A stretch of DNA of 64,000 bases from Octopus vulgaris (GCA_951406725.2 OX597815.1:78430001-78494000); one strand, 5' to 3'; shown: positions 29,499 to 43,782, numbered from the stretch's first letter. Notes: generated by a model from the letters alone, not told the origin. Numbers and translations: made by a program.

Positions 29499-30475
29499 TA
29501 CTGTGGAGGTACTCACAAGGAACTGAAAACGTTTTCTGTGGGGCAAGCCAGTTGTAGTTTAGACTTCTGCCATTTAATGCGACCCTCAGGCATCAGTCGG
29601 CCGACCGGCGTCGTTGAATGTAGTTCCGCTGCCACGTGCTACGTCATTTTTTTGCAGTGTTTCTCCCCTGTTCGTTGATTTTTGCGATGTCTGAAACGAA
29701 GGAACAGCGTGTTTCCGTGAAATTCTCTTTTCCGCTAGGGAAAACAGCGGCCGACACAGTTGCTATGCTTCAAACAGCTTACAAGAACGCTGACATGAAC
29801 AAAAACAGTGGTTTGCACACTTTAGGAATGGTCACTCGCTGCTTGAAGACCAACCTCGTTCAGGGCCACCGTCGACCTCCCGAAAGAATGAAAACTACGA
29901 GAATTCATGGACTGATCTTGGAGGACCGTTGCCGAAGAATTGACGAATTTGCTTGTACGACTGGTGTGTCCTGGAGCTCCTGCCAACAGATTTTGAACGA
30001 GGAATTGTGAATGAAAAGAGTTGTAGCAAAATTTGTGCTTAACTTGCTCGCGGAAGATCAAAAGCAATGATGATTGAATGTGTGTCGTGAACTGAAAGAA
30101 CAGTTGGAAGTTGATCTGGACCATTTTTTTTATCAACACTAGTGACGAAAGTTGGTGCTACGGCTACGACCCGGAAACAAAGTCAATGGAAGCATTCAAT
30201 GTCACCACGGTCCAAGAAAGCGCGTCAAGTGAAGTCCAGTTTCAAGTCGACGCTGATTTGTTTCATCGATGCGAAAGAATTGTCTACACAGAATTTGTTC
30301 CTCCTGGTCAAACTGTTAACCAAATATTTTACTTGGCAATTCTGAAGCGTTTGCGAGATGCGGTGAGACGAAAACGCCCCGACCTGTGACAAAGTGGAGA
30401 GTAGTGCTTTCATTACGACAATGCACCTGCACACACCGCCTTGAGTGTGAGACAGTTTTTGACCCACCTTCCCCA
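29499..30475 (+). mobile_element. Mariner transposase relic, truncated at an RTE junction
   Basis: Across frames: EQRVSVKF..LGKTAADTVAML; DESWCYGYDPETK; EFVPPGQTVNQIFYLAILKRLRDAVRRKRPDL; HYDNAPAHTALSVRQFL. Stops and frameshifts present. Confidence 0.9.
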
Positions 30476-31545
30476 CTCATGTACGTGACCCTGTTCGATT
30501 TGTAGGGAAGATGTAGGCAGAAACTCCGTATGGTGTACCCAGTGCAAGCTATGGACACACAAGAGGTGCAGTGGGTTAATTGGAAAGTTATTAGAGAAGA
30601 TAGTTTTCGTATGTGGAAGATGCACAGGATCCTTAAAAACTTTAGAGACTCGGGAAATTAATTCTTTCAAATGCTCTGGTGGCTCATTAGAGGTAGTAGA
30701 TAATTTCTGCTACCTAGGGAATCAAATCAGTTATGTGGGAGGATGCACGGAGAGTGTGATAGCTAGAATACAAATAGGATGGAAAAAATTCAGAGAGTTG
30801 TTACCTCTGTTGGCCACGAAAGATTTCTCTCTCCGAATGAAAGGAAGATTGTATGATGCATGTATACGGTCAGCAATTCTACATGGTAGTGAAACGTGGC
30901 CCATGAATGCAGAGGACTTGCGAAGGTTAGGAAGGAATGAGGTTTGTGTGCTCCGCTGGATGTGTAATGTAAGTGTACATGTTCGACAAAATGCCAGTAT
31001 TCTGAGAGAGAAATTAGGCACAAGAGGAATTTGTTGTTGTGTACAAGAGAAAAGACTGTACTGGTTTAGTCATGTGATGCGGACGGATGCTGACAGCTCC
31101 ATAAAGAAGTGCCGATCGCTCTAAGTGGCTGGAACTCGTGGATGTGGGAGACCCAGGAAGACGTGGGAAAAAGTAATGAAGAACGACCTCAGAAAGTTGA
31201 ATATTTCAGGCAAGATGACAACGGACCGAGACACTTGGTGCTTGGCTGTCTTCAGGAAGACCCGTACCCCGCAGCAGAAGAGCTAAGACTGATCTTTCTT
31301 GTTGTCTAAAACAGCCATGGTGATGCCACGTAAATGCGCCCGTATGGCGACTCGTAAACGTGTCCGTTTGGTGCCACGTAAAAGCATCCAGCATACTCTG
31401 TAAAGCAATTGGCGTTTGGAAAGGCATCCAGCTGTAGAAACCATGCGAAATCAGATTGAGTCTGGTGTATCTCCTCGAATTGCCAGCTCTGGTCACACCG
31501 TCCAACCCATGCTAGCATGGACAACGGACGTTAAATGGTGAGGAT
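30476..31545 (+). mobile_element. RTE-clade LINE 3' fragment plus UTR
   Basis: PCSICREDVGRNSVWCTQCKLWTHKRCSG; ARIQIGWKKFRELLPLL..GRLYDACIRSAILHGSETW..LRWMC..RLYWFSHVMR. Same tail as the 26969-27870 copy. Confidence 0.9.
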
Positions 31546-31789
31546 GATAAGATCGGCTTCTTTCAGTTTCTGTCTACCATATCCATTCACACGAATTTGG
31601 TCAGCCTAGGGCTATAGCAGAAAATATTTGCCCAAGGTGCCAGGCTGTGTGTTGAACTCGGAACTATGTCCCAATCTAGAAAATATCACTGTTGTGAGTC
31701 ACCTTTCATTAACTGTGAAAGTTCATTATGTTTATTGCGTCCTTGAATAGTTCATTAATGACAGATAAATAAATTGATTAATTATTTAA

Positions 31790-31796
31790 TTATTTA

Positions 31797-31882
<86 letters not shown>

Positions 31883-31907
31883 CAATAATAATAATAATGA
31901 TAATAAT

Positions 31908-31943
<36 letters not shown>

Positions 31944-31957
31944 AATAATAATAATAA
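31790..31957. repeat. (TTA)n/(AAT)n/(AAC)n compound microsatellite
   Basis: Directly visible; the TTA to AAT switch makes it partly self-complementary. Confidence 0.95.
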
Positions 31958-32438
31958 TGTTTTGTCTTGGTATAAAAGATGGGCTACAGAAAATATTCTG
32001 CTCAATACCACAGATTTGCTTGTCAGTTGTTTGACCGTAACCAGTTGAGCATGTCCCTTAGTGGCTTACGATATGTGCATCTCTGATCACGAGCAGAAGT
32101 AGTGGGGGAGCATCATAGCCATGTGTTGAGAGGGATTCTTTGGGGTTTGAATAATTCACCTCTGGAAACATGGGTGTTTCGTTCAACATCCTTAAATAAC
32201 CCTTATTTAGGGATCTTCTGAGCGGGATGGGATACTCGACCAGAAGAAAATTCTAACTGGGCCCCACCTGCAAGGTCATGTGCTGTTTATCTTGATATGA
32301 GATCACCATATCGTGCACATATGGTTGTGATGCATGAGCCAAGTGTACCCTTATCAGACGGGTAGTCATGATGGGTATACTGGGCTTCGTATATTTTACC
32401 CCAGTGTCACTTTCATGGCATGCACTGCTCTCTCACTC
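31958..32438 (+). mobile_element. Unclassified ~480-bp insertion bounded by (AAT)n on both sides (likely 3' end of a TAA-targeting LINE)
   Basis: Unique sequence ending ..gcactgctctctcactc(AAT)n, inside an AAT array; no recognisable ORF. Confidence 0.5.
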
Positions 32439-32527
<89 letters not shown>

Positions 32528-32528
<1 letters not shown>

Positions 32529-33902
32529 TGGTCAATTACTGAAATATGTAATCTTGACAGAAAAATACGAAAACTGTTGACAATGCATAGAATGCACCAC
32601 CCTAAGGCAGATACAGAACGACTTTATCTGCCAAGAAAAGAGGAAGGCCGTGGACTTTTACAACTGGCAATAACAATGAAGATTGCTACAATTGGCCTAG
32701 ACACCTACCTGAAAAACTCTGAGGACTGGATGTTAAAACTTGTCTCAAAACATGAAAACAAGAAAGCATCATACTCAGTAACAAAACAGGCAAAGGAATA
32801 TCTAAGTGAATTCCGAATACAACAAATTTCGGAATTAGAGATAGACATACAAGAAACAGGCACAGAAAAAGCTAAGCGCATGAAAACCCGTGCTAAATCT
32901 GCGGCCTTAGATATTCTGGATGATAAATGGCAAGAAAAACCTCTCTATGGCAAATACCCAAAGAGAGCAAATAATGCAGATGTTGACAAAGCCCTGACCC
33001 ATCAATGGCTAATGGCCTCTGGCTTAAAATCTGAAACAGAGGGGTTTATCATAGCAGCTCAAGATCAATGCCTACCAACAAGAAACTACCAGGCCAACAT
33101 ATTAAAGATCAGAAGCAGTCCAACGTGTCGTGTATGCCAGCAACAAAATGAAACCATTGACCATGTGGTCTCCAAGTGCAGTCTTCTAGTACCTACAGAG
33201 TATCTCAACAGACACGATAGAGCTGCACAATATATTCACTGGGTAATCTGCAAAAACCTGGATTTTCCCCATGAAAAAAACTGGTGGGAACACAAACCAC
33301 CCCCAGTGCTTGAAAATGACCACATCTCACTCCTCTGGAACTTCACCATTCAAACTGACAGAAAGATAGATGCAAATAGGCCAGACATCATATTGAAAGA
33401 CTTCAAACAAAGAACATGCCTCCTCATTGATATGACTGTCCCAATCGATATAAACGTATCTGTCAAGACCTACCAAAAATTGAGCAAATATAAAGATCTT
33501 GAAATAGAAATCAGCAAAATGTGGAACCTGAAGACTAAAACAATACTTGTTGTCATAGGTGACCTGGGAATGATAGCAAAAGGGGCTGATAGCTACCTAA
33601 CTCAGATACTAGGAAACCCCAAAATGGTAGAAATTCAAAAGATAGTGCTCATGGGAACTGCTCATATCCTACGCAAAATACTTTCTATGTAATCTCAAGG
33701 TTTAAAACAAACATAATTTTCGGTTTAAAAAAAAAAATTTTTTTAGACATTCATTAGTACAACACCAAAAACTCCCCCCTCCCAAATATATGGCACACTA
33801 GGCATAACAACAACATGAACTTCCAACCTGTTGTCTCTTGAGGTCTCTGGGTGAGACTTGGAGCCAACTTGTACAAATATAAAGCAAAAGTCAAACATAG
33901 AA
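32528..33902 (+). mobile_element. 5'-truncated R4/Dong-like LINE (CCHC zinc knuckle plus RLE endonuclease), open to the stop at 33692
   Basis: ERLYLPRKEEGRGL; LKSETEGFIIAAQDQ; CRVCQQQNETIDHVVSKC; RHD; NRPDIILKD..LLIDMTVP..KLSKY. Flanked by (AAT)n at both ends. Confidence 0.92.
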
Positions 33903-33957
33903 TAATAATAATAATGATGATGATGATGATGATGACGATGATGATGATGATGATGAT

Positions 33958-34716
33958 TTCTTTTACTGGCCACGAGGGCCCAAGACATGGAGGACAATAT
34001 CGAAGGACGAGTTACAGCACAAAACAAATTACAAAAACTACAAAAGCATGTGGGGTTAACATCAATCAAGGGGAGATACTACTACATTAAAGGATATGAC
34101 AGAGGATATATAATAGAAAGTAGAGAAATAAATAATGAATAATTAAATAGAATCCCCAATAGCGAGGCAATCTACTTAGGGTAATCCGAGGTAAATCCCA
34201 CACAGAAATCCCGGATTACTCTGCCATCTCCAAGGCATGGAAAAGTGCCCTCTTCTAGTTTCTTTCCTCCTGCTTAGAAAAGCATATTCAGAGTAGATCC
34301 ATTCAGTCTCACAGTCTTGCCACTTTCGACCACCTTTTGATAAACACACTAGAAGGCAGCACCTCTTTCTCTACCCTCACCTTCCTCTTCAAATGATATT
34401 TGAAGAAATTGATGAAGGTTTGACCAGATAGGAATGTGCTTGTCTTCAAACCTTTCATACGGATCCACTACACAACTTCTTTTGCCATAGCCACTAAGTT
34501 GAGAAAGATCTGCCTTTCTTCTCTGCTAAGAGAAGGTGGTGCGTCGACCTTCACTACACACTCGGCAGACAACTGAATTCGTCTTACACGCGACAACAGC
34601 TTCTCCACACAATCCCACAGCTCTCTAATGCACGGACACTGAATTATTGCATGCGGGACCATTTCGTCCCCTTGCAAGCATCTCGAGCAGGTTCGGCTGT
34701 TGGCACTTCCCTGCCT
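33958..34716 (-). mobile_element. L1/Tx1-clade LINE 3' fragment
   Basis: TCSRCLQGDEMVPHAIIQCPCIRELW zinc knuckle, continuing ..FFKYHLKRKVRVE..FIKRW; T-rich 3' UTR ending gtggccagtaaaagaaa. Confidence 0.75.
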
Positions 34717-34719
34717 AAT

Positions 34720-34940
34720 TATAATGGTTTCAAATTTTGGCACAAGGCCAGGCAATTTTGAGGAAGATGCTAGTCGATTACATCGACCCTATTGTTCAAG
34801 TGGTACTTAATTTATCGACCATCGAACGGATGAATGGCAAAGTCGACCTCGGCGGAATTTGAATCCAGAACGTGCAAACATACGAAATGCCGCTAAACAT
34901 TTTGCCCGGCGTGCTAACGATTCTGCTAGCTCGTTGCCTA
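34720..34940 (-). mobile_element. SINE family B, full length
   Basis: Minus strand aggcaacgagctagcagaatcgttagcacgccgggc..aaattccgccgaggtcgactttgcc..ccttgtgccaaaatttgaaacc. Confidence 0.85.
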
Positions 34941-34954
34941 ACTATTCTGCTAGC

Positions 34955-35621
34955 TTCACTGAAGTTTCCACCTCCCCTTGCTTCATGAAACGTCGCGAGC
35001 GCAGGTAGTGAACCATGGATCAGAACAAATAATTATCCAAGAGAGATATTTTTTTGTGCAAACGTAACATGCACAAGCAGTGGTTAAGCAAGGGAATCTG
35101 TCGCCAAACATGGATATTTCGATCATAAATTGATGCTTTGTGTCTGGTGGAACTATAATGGGATAATTCACAACGAATTCGTTCCGGACGATCGAACCAT
35201 CGATGCCAACATGTATGCCATTGTGCGGGAAAAATATCCGGCATTGATTTTTAAAAAGCGAGCTCTTCTGCTACAAGACAACGCTAGACCTCATACTGCT
35301 CGAACGACCAGGATAAACTCCAGTAACTTGAGAGAACCGAGCTGATGCCACACCCAGGACATGGTCCGAGCCTAGCTCCCTCGGATTATTACTTGTTCTG
35401 ATCCCTGGCTCGCTTCCCACGCTCGCGACGTTTCATCAAGCAAGAGGAGGTGGAAGCTTCAGTGAAAGGGTTCTATCAAAGAATTGGCAGAAAGGTGGCT
35501 TCAGACGGTGCAACACTATGGCCTCTACTTTGAATGCTAAGCTCTGTTGTAAACTGACGAGTAAAGCAAAAAAAAAAAAAGTTACCGAAATATTGCAAAA
35601 CTCTTGACTCAACACAATAAT
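34955..35621 (+). mobile_element. Mariner (Mos1-like) transposase 3' relic with right TIR
   Basis: LCVWWNYNGIIHNE; ALLLQDNARPHTAR; PSLAPSDYYLF. Ends aaaactcttgactcaacacaata-TA. 34955-35006 is an inverted copy of ~35415-35466. Confidence 0.85.
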
Positions 35622-36154
35622 ATAAACTTGTGTTCGTCATATACACACCATGCCCGTCGCTAAAGGGGTGCACTGGATAGCACTGACCCCTCACTATTCA
35701 ATGGTGCTCTCTAAGATTTACAGTGATACACTTATCTCGAAACTCCACTTCAGCATAATTGCAAATTAGTGCCCATCCAGAATATTCTGGAGCACCTCCA
35801 GACATCATAGTCTGGCGACGGGCTTCACACACACACACGCACGCACACACACACACATGATTTCACATGCTGAATAAATATTTTTATCTTCTTTCTGGGT
35901 AGGGAACAATGAGGAAGCCACTACGAGGTCGATACACCGGCTAAAAATAGATAGCAGCCAAATTTTCTCAAACCCACCCATCTTAAAAAAAGAAATAACA
36001 CTATAAATACATTAATCTGGAAAAAGACGAGATGGTTATGGTTGGAGCGAAATAACACTCTTCCTATAGCTAAACGTCGACTATTGCTTGAGAAATTAAG
36101 ATGAGTCAATGTTTAACATCTAAAACATTGATATCGTTTGTCTACCTTGATAAC

Positions 36155-36355
36155 GAGAGAGCTTCTAGGTGGTCACTCAACCAGCTAGAAACAGCGGTCA
36201 AATATCCTTCACCTCACACCCTACAATCTTAACTAAGGAAAAGACAATGAAGAGTCTTATATACGCCTTAAAAAGACAGGATTGTCGTAATTGAAAGGCC
36301 TTTTATCATAAGTCTGCCTAATCAAACGTGACCTGAATTCAGAAAAACAGCAACA
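36155..36355 (+). mobile_element. Short dispersed repeat (other decayed copies ~1320-1435, 35905-36055, 36870-37060, 47590-47700 plus; 38100-38250, 53975-54150, 58000-58200 minus)
   Basis: Shared motif gctagaaa.agc..caaat.tc..tca..tcacaccctac..tctt..aagac.ggat.gtc; class not determined. Confidence 0.55.
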
Positions 36356-38475
36356 TGTTCAATGTTGGTAGGAAAGAACCAACTGTGTCGGGTAAGGGAG
36401 AAGTAATTGGTTAATTACAATCTTAATGATGAGTATGTTAATTACTTGATGTTATTTTAAGAAACATCTAGTTGCCCGTTTCTCTCGCTACCCCTACTCC
36501 ATTTCTTCAAAACACCTGTGGGCTGATATTCCAAATTCTCTGCTACCTGTCCTAACAGCTGTGGTTACATGCTTACTACCTTCTAAGCACTACGCTTCAA
36601 GTGTTGCACTATCGCTCGCTTCATTCATAATTATCTATTATTTACTACCAGTGCTGCTACTAACAGTTACAACCAAGTATAGCAAAAGTAAATACTCTTG
36701 TGCCTTTTCGGTTTCGATGTTCTTATAGACGCTGTCACACGCGAAAATCACTTATCCCAATTTACGAACCACTGTTTGCTATCACAAAGCATTATCGAGT
36801 TACAAGCATTATTACTGCTTTACATCTCTTGATACCTTTAGAAAGCATGAACGCCACACATCCGAGTCATGGGAGAAGCCGCAACGCGATCGTTGTATCT
36901 ACTAGAAATATCAGCTTAGTCTCTCTCAAATCGCACCCTACTGCCTTACAAGAATAGAGTACATTGGAAACGGTCCTTTATACACTTTTTAAAAGGACAG
37001 TGTGGTCACAGATGGTAAATCTTTGAACATACTTCTGTTCGGTCGAAGCTGGACAAAGCTTCTTCCAAAATTTTCCGGATATGAATTAGTGGTAAATATT
37101 AGAATTGCAGACGGCAGAAATTGTCGATAAACACTGTATGTTGTTTACATTGTGAATAGAAATTCCTTCTGCACTAGACAAGTAATATTGGAGACGATTT
37201 ATCGGCTATAGCTATCTTTATAACTATGTAATCTTTTCCAGCCTTGCATCCATCCATTTTCTCCGCCCACTTATTCCTGGAAGGATCGTTGGTGCTGAGT
37301 TCTCAGGTATCTCCTCCTTTAGGTCCTATCAGAAGTAATCATCAATACACATTCATTCCTGGTGGCTTCTCAAGTGTTACCAAACGAGACTGTTTACTAT
37401 CCACCTATTTTGTTCTATCCCTAGATCTCTCGCCGGTTGGCTTGGGTTGAAGTATGTCTTGCGATGTTTTCCTGTGTCATTCTAATCATATATCCGTAGT
37501 ACCGCGCTGTGTCATTTTTCGTCAGAAATAATAATTATAACTAGAAGTGTTGAGGTCAGTAAAAACTTGAGTCTTAAGCTTCACTTACTCGATATTAAAA
37601 CAAATTCCCTTTAAACATTGAACTGTACATAATCAATGGATGGCATGTGTTGACTGTCTATTTAAATTATGTGTATTCTAAGTATAACATTTATTCTCGT
37701 ACACATGTCACAGGAACAGCGAATAGTAATTCTCAAAAAGTTTTGTGTTAGTAAACAAATAGAATCATTAAATATTATTTTCCAGGGGCGCGCACGCACA
37801 TCTTTATGTTATAATATAAAATAACGCGTATGACCTGTGGGTTGTATGTATTAATCGAATTCATAGATATTACTGGAAGCACTGAGTTTCAATCGGACAC
37901 GTGAAATTTATATTCAAGCTTCCTCGTCCAATATCTACACTGCCCTATGTATTTAGTTACTCTTTCAGTTTATAAATGCCAACATTTCCCCTATCCAAAT
38001 ATATAAACTTGCTTGCGCTTGGTTAACAATTTGGCCTGACATTCTGAATTTAAATCCAGTCCGAATAGTTGTATATCATTCAACGAACCAAATGACGTTT
38101 AATCTATTTGTTGCTCTGGTCAAGCTGGCCCAAGATCAAAGGAATAACTTGCTATCACTAATGTCTTGATTTTCCTAATGTGTTCAGGGCCACATTATCC
38201 AGTATGTTTCCAACTATGATTTACAGACAATTTTGGCTGGTGTTTCAAAAATTTGAGACTTCCTCATTGGTTTAGCATTGCAACCACTTCGTCCTATGTA
38301 AATCACATTGAATAACAGCGTCACCATTACGCGTAGAAATCATAAGACTCGAACTGCAAAGGAAGATCTTCGATGTCAGCAAATCAAAACCCATACTATG
38401 ACGTCACCAAATCAAGATCCATACTAAGTCGCCGAATTAGCATTAGGGAAACAAATTATTATCTAATTCTAAATA

Positions 38476-38853
38476 GGTGCAGGAGTGGTTGTGTGGTAAG
38501 TATCTTGCTAACCAACCACATGGTTCCGGGTTCAGTCCCACTGCGTGGCATCTTGGGCAAGTGTCTTCTGCTATAGCCCCGGGCCGACCAATGCCTTGTG
38601 AGTGGATTTGGTTGACGGAAACTGAAAGAAGCCTGTCGTATATATGTATGTGTGTCTGTGTTTGTCCCCCTAGCATTGCTTGGCAACCGATGCTGGTGTA
38701 TTTACGTCCCCGTCCATTAGCGGTTCGGCCAAAGAGACCGATAGAATAAGTACTGGGCTTACAAAGAATAAGTCCTGGGGTCGATTTGCTCGACTAAAGG
38801 CGGTGCTCCAGCCTGGCCGCAGTCAAATGACTGAAACAAGTAAAAGAGAGAGT
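38476..38853 (+). mobile_element. SINE family A, full length
   Basis: tRNA-like A box (gtggttgtgtggtaag) and B box (gggttcagtccc), core ttgggcaagtgtcttctgctatagccccgggccgacc, tail gactgaaacaagtaaaagagag. Confidence 0.88.
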
Positions 38854-40773
38854 ATCGGATTTATCGAGATATGGCTATGTGATTAAAGAGTTTGTTTCGC
38901 AACTGCGTGGTCCTAGTTCCCAGTCTGCAATACATTCTAGCTAAGTGTCTTCTACTATAGACTTGGATTGACCAATATTTTCTAAGTTGAATTTGGTCAA
39001 CGTAAACTTTAAAGAATACCATTGAGTGTGTGTGTGTATAAATAAATGTATGTTCCAGTGTAATGTCAAGAAAACCGAAATTTTCCGAAGTTTCGAGGTA
39101 GAAGCACTCCCTTGTCACTTGCCGACAGAAATCTTCTGAACTAGTGATCGGTTCGTTTCAAATCTGTAATCACCAGCAATTGCTATATAAAATATTCGAA
39201 ACTCTAAAACCAATCTAAGTTTTATATGCCATCTTTGTAATCAGTAGTTTCCAGTCTTGGGGTGGTAGAATTCCGTAAGTCTTGGGAAGGTGGTGGTAAG
39301 AATTCCGTACAAAGAAGAAAATTTGTAGATGCTATACATTAAGTCCTATCGGCTAACTAGAGCCACTGCAAAGAAAAGTTGAACATTTTCAAGAAAAGTC
39401 CGAACTGTTAAACGCGCTGCCATTCAGTTATGTATCGAGGGAAGAAAACAAGATGGTGAATCATTATCTAAGGAAGGCTCTACCCACGCAGGTTTCCACA
39501 TTAAGTGAGAAAGGGGAAGCAAAGCAGATGGCTTGGCAGCGACGCTTTCTTTTGAATATGTTAGAGCCAAGCATGAGTAATGCAGTCTTTGGTTTGCCTA
39601 AATGTGTCACGTTGATAGAAAAATTGATTGGAGCCGATACAGATATCCAAGATAATCCAGTAGCTTACATCATTATATAATGGGCTGGACAACAATTCCC
39701 TCATAAGCTGACGTATCTTTGTAGCTCCTTTAATCTGAAGTTTCCAATTTTAAGGTCATCGTGTTACGACAAAGTAGCCAGCCAAGTTTCTAACAATACA
39801 AACGGTACTGTCTCGGCTTTCTATTAGTTGATATGTGCATCTAAGCCTTTAGTCGAATTATTATTAAACAATTTTACCGAGTATCATCAAAATTAATAAT
39901 AATTGTCAAAGGCAAGGGAGACAATCCCGAAATTTAACCATTAAAACTCCAGTGGGATGGTGGGTGACATGTAAAAGTAGATGATCTTAGGTAGCAGTGA
40001 CAATTCCAGATATGTTCTTCGTAGACGGCAATCCTGAGAAACATTCAGACGTTGTATCTTTCCAACTGGAATAAAATCAATTCACAACAACTAGGAACCA
40101 AACAGGCCTAATATAACCACCAAGGAAAAGAAAAATAAGTTCCTGTATAAAATATATGATATTTATAAATACATAGTTCCAAAGTTTGAAAGTATCCCTA
40201 TTTTGCTCCTTAGCATTAATTCGTATCTCAATTTGAAAATAGAAATTCTATGTTGTGTTTGTGCCACTAATGTAACTATCAGGTTTACTTGAATGCTTTA
40301 GAAATGTTCAAACTTATGTAATGAACACTGCAACGTTTATATAAGATTCCACTTAGAATTACGCTACTGAATTACATTACATTACGCCTTAGAATTACGC
40401 TACTGAATAACATTACATTTTATAAGAGTAGTTTCATTTAGCTTAGTTGAACTTTAGCAATCAAATTCCTCAGAAGAAGTTGTGATAATTCTGGACCAAA
40501 GTTTACTGGAAATATTTCATACCAGTGTATATAAAAAAAAAAAAGTACAAGAAGTCACCATGCAATCTCAGAAAAAAAAAAAAAAGAAATCCAAAAACTA
40601 ATACATGCAAGTTGTTAAGTACCTCAGTAACTGGATTACAATGAATCAAGTATTAAATATTTTAAAATTTAAGATAAATACAATCCAGGTAATGAGCTAC
40701 TTAACATTTTCAAAATTTACAAAAGAAAAATAATAATAAAGCAGACAAGTTAATTTCAAAGGGAATTCCAACG

Positions 40774-40779
40774 TTTATT
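40774..40779 (-). terminator. Candidate polyadenylation signal of the actin gene
   Basis: AATAAA on the minus strand ~670 bp past the stop, followed by T-rich sequence. Another candidate lies near 40910. Confidence 0.45.
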
Positions 40780-41446
40780 TCGATGTTTTTTTTAATAATA
40801 ATATTAATAACTACGAGCAGCAACGTTTGAACACGTTGAATCCATCGTCATATTTACAGATCCGAAGATCTGCCGCAGCAAAGTGGCGATGACATTTAAC
40901 ATCAGCTTTTTATTTAATTTTTTCTGAAAATATATTTGTTCAAGCACCAAGGTTTCGGAATTTTAGCCCAACATAAAAAAAATATTGTGAGGATGTTTCT
41001 TTTGCCAGTTAAAATCAAGAGGCTCTTTACTAATTAGTGGCGGTATTACAATTAGTTCGTCATCTTGGATGCTATTACGTTGGTAAGTCCCTTTCCGTTA
41101 AATACGGATTGAGTTTTTTTTTTTTTGTTTTTCAGATTTTTAGCAGTTTAGTTTTCCTTATACAGACAGCCTTCATACCAGATATGTGTTATATACGACC
41201 ATCCTGGTCTTCCATATTTAGATGTTTTCTTTCTCAAATGTTAAGTTATTTTCCTTATATAAAAAGATGGTAAATATATCCTAAAAGAACCGGCTTCGCT
41301 GAGAGAGAGAGAGAAAGGGTGGTTTTGTTGTTGTGTCTATGGTAACCAAGCACGCAATCAATGAAATATATATTTTACAAGTTTCGTCCAGCGTATTCGT
41401 CGTTATTCCAAAATTTAAGTTAAGGGCTAGAAAGAAAGTAAACTTC

Positions 41447-42514
<1,068 letters not shown>

Positions 42515-42550
42515 TTAAGAGATAAGAGAGATAAAGTTGAACGGCAGGGA

Positions 42551-43782
42551 ACAGCAATCTATGGCTAAACGAAATTTCTCGTTGTCGTCGAGCAGCGATC
42601 TATGGCTAACCGAAATATTTCATTGTCGTCGAGCAGCGATCTACGGCTAAACGGAATATTTCGTTGTCGTCGAGCAGCGATCTACGGATAAAACGGAATA
42701 TTTCGTTGTCGTCGAGCAGCGATCGAAGACGACAAACAGCAATCTGTAGCCAAATGAAATATCTAGCAGACGTTGAATAGCGGTCGCTGGCTAAACGAAA
42801 TTTCTCGTTGTCGTCAAGCAGCGATCTACGGCTAAACGGAATATTTCGTTGTCGTCGAGCAGCGATCGAAGACGACAAACAGCAATCTGTAGCCAAATGA
42901 AATATCTAGCAGACGTTGAATAGCGGTCGCTGGCTAAACGAAATTTCTCGTTGTCGTCAAGCAGCGATCTACGGCTAAACGGAATATTTCGTTGTCGTCG
43001 AGCAGCGATCGAAGACGACAAACAGCAATCTGTAGCCAAATGAAATATCTAGCAGACGTTGAATAGCGGTCGCTGGCTAAACGAAATTTCTCGTTGTCGT
43101 CAAGCAGCGATCTACGGCTAAACGGAATATTTCGTTGTCGTCGAGCAGCGATCGAAGACGTCAAACAGCAATCTGTAGCCAAATGAAATATCTAGCAGAC
43201 GTTGAATAGCGGTCGCTGGCTAAACGAAATTTCTCGTTGTCGTCAAGCAGCGATCTACGGCTAAACGGAATATTTCGTTGTCGTCGAGCAGCGATCGAAG
43301 ACGACAAACAGCAATCTGTAGCCAAATGAAATATCTAGCAGACGTTGAATAGCGGTCGCTGGCTAAACGAAATTTCTCGTTGTCGTCAAGCAGCGATCTA
43401 CGGCTAAACGGAATATTTCGTTGTCGTCGAGCAGCGATCGAAGACGACAAACAGCAATCTGTAGCCAAATGAAATATCTAGCAGACGTTGAATAGCGGTC
43501 GCTGGCTAAACGAAATTTCTCGTTGTCGTCAAGCAGCGATCGAAGACGTCAAACAGCAATCTGTAGCCAAATGAAATATCGAGCAGACGTCGAATAGCGG
43601 TCACTGGCTAAACGAAATTTCTTCGTTGTCGTCGAACAGCGATCTATGGCTAAACGAAATATTTCGTTGTCGTCGAGCAGCGATCGAAGACGTCAAACAG
43701 CAATCTATAGCCAAATGAAATATCTAGCAGACGTCGAATAGCGGTCACTGGCTAAACGAAATTTCTCGGTGACGTCAAGCAA
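42551..43782. repeat. CpG-rich intronic satellite: ~41-bp monomers arranged in a 143-bp higher-order repeat
   Basis: Near-identical 143-bp units start at 42791, 42934, 43077, 43220 and 43363, with monomers ctaaacgaaatttctcgttgtcgtc(a/g)agcagcgatctacgg at the edge. Confidence 0.95.

Noticed and set aside
32334-33692. 452-aa ORF as a host gene with a poly-Asn tract
   Set aside because: The N-terminus is chance read-through of an unrelated insert and (AAT)n into a 5'-truncated LINE; only 32528-33692 is retroelement coding sequence.
42551-43782. CRISPR array, repeated 82-aa ORFs, or hammerhead motifs in the intronic repeat
   Set aside because: No unique spacers or cas genes and a eukaryotic context. 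The ORFs simply follow the repeat period. The minus-strand cgacgacaacgaaa lacks C3-U4 and stems I/II.
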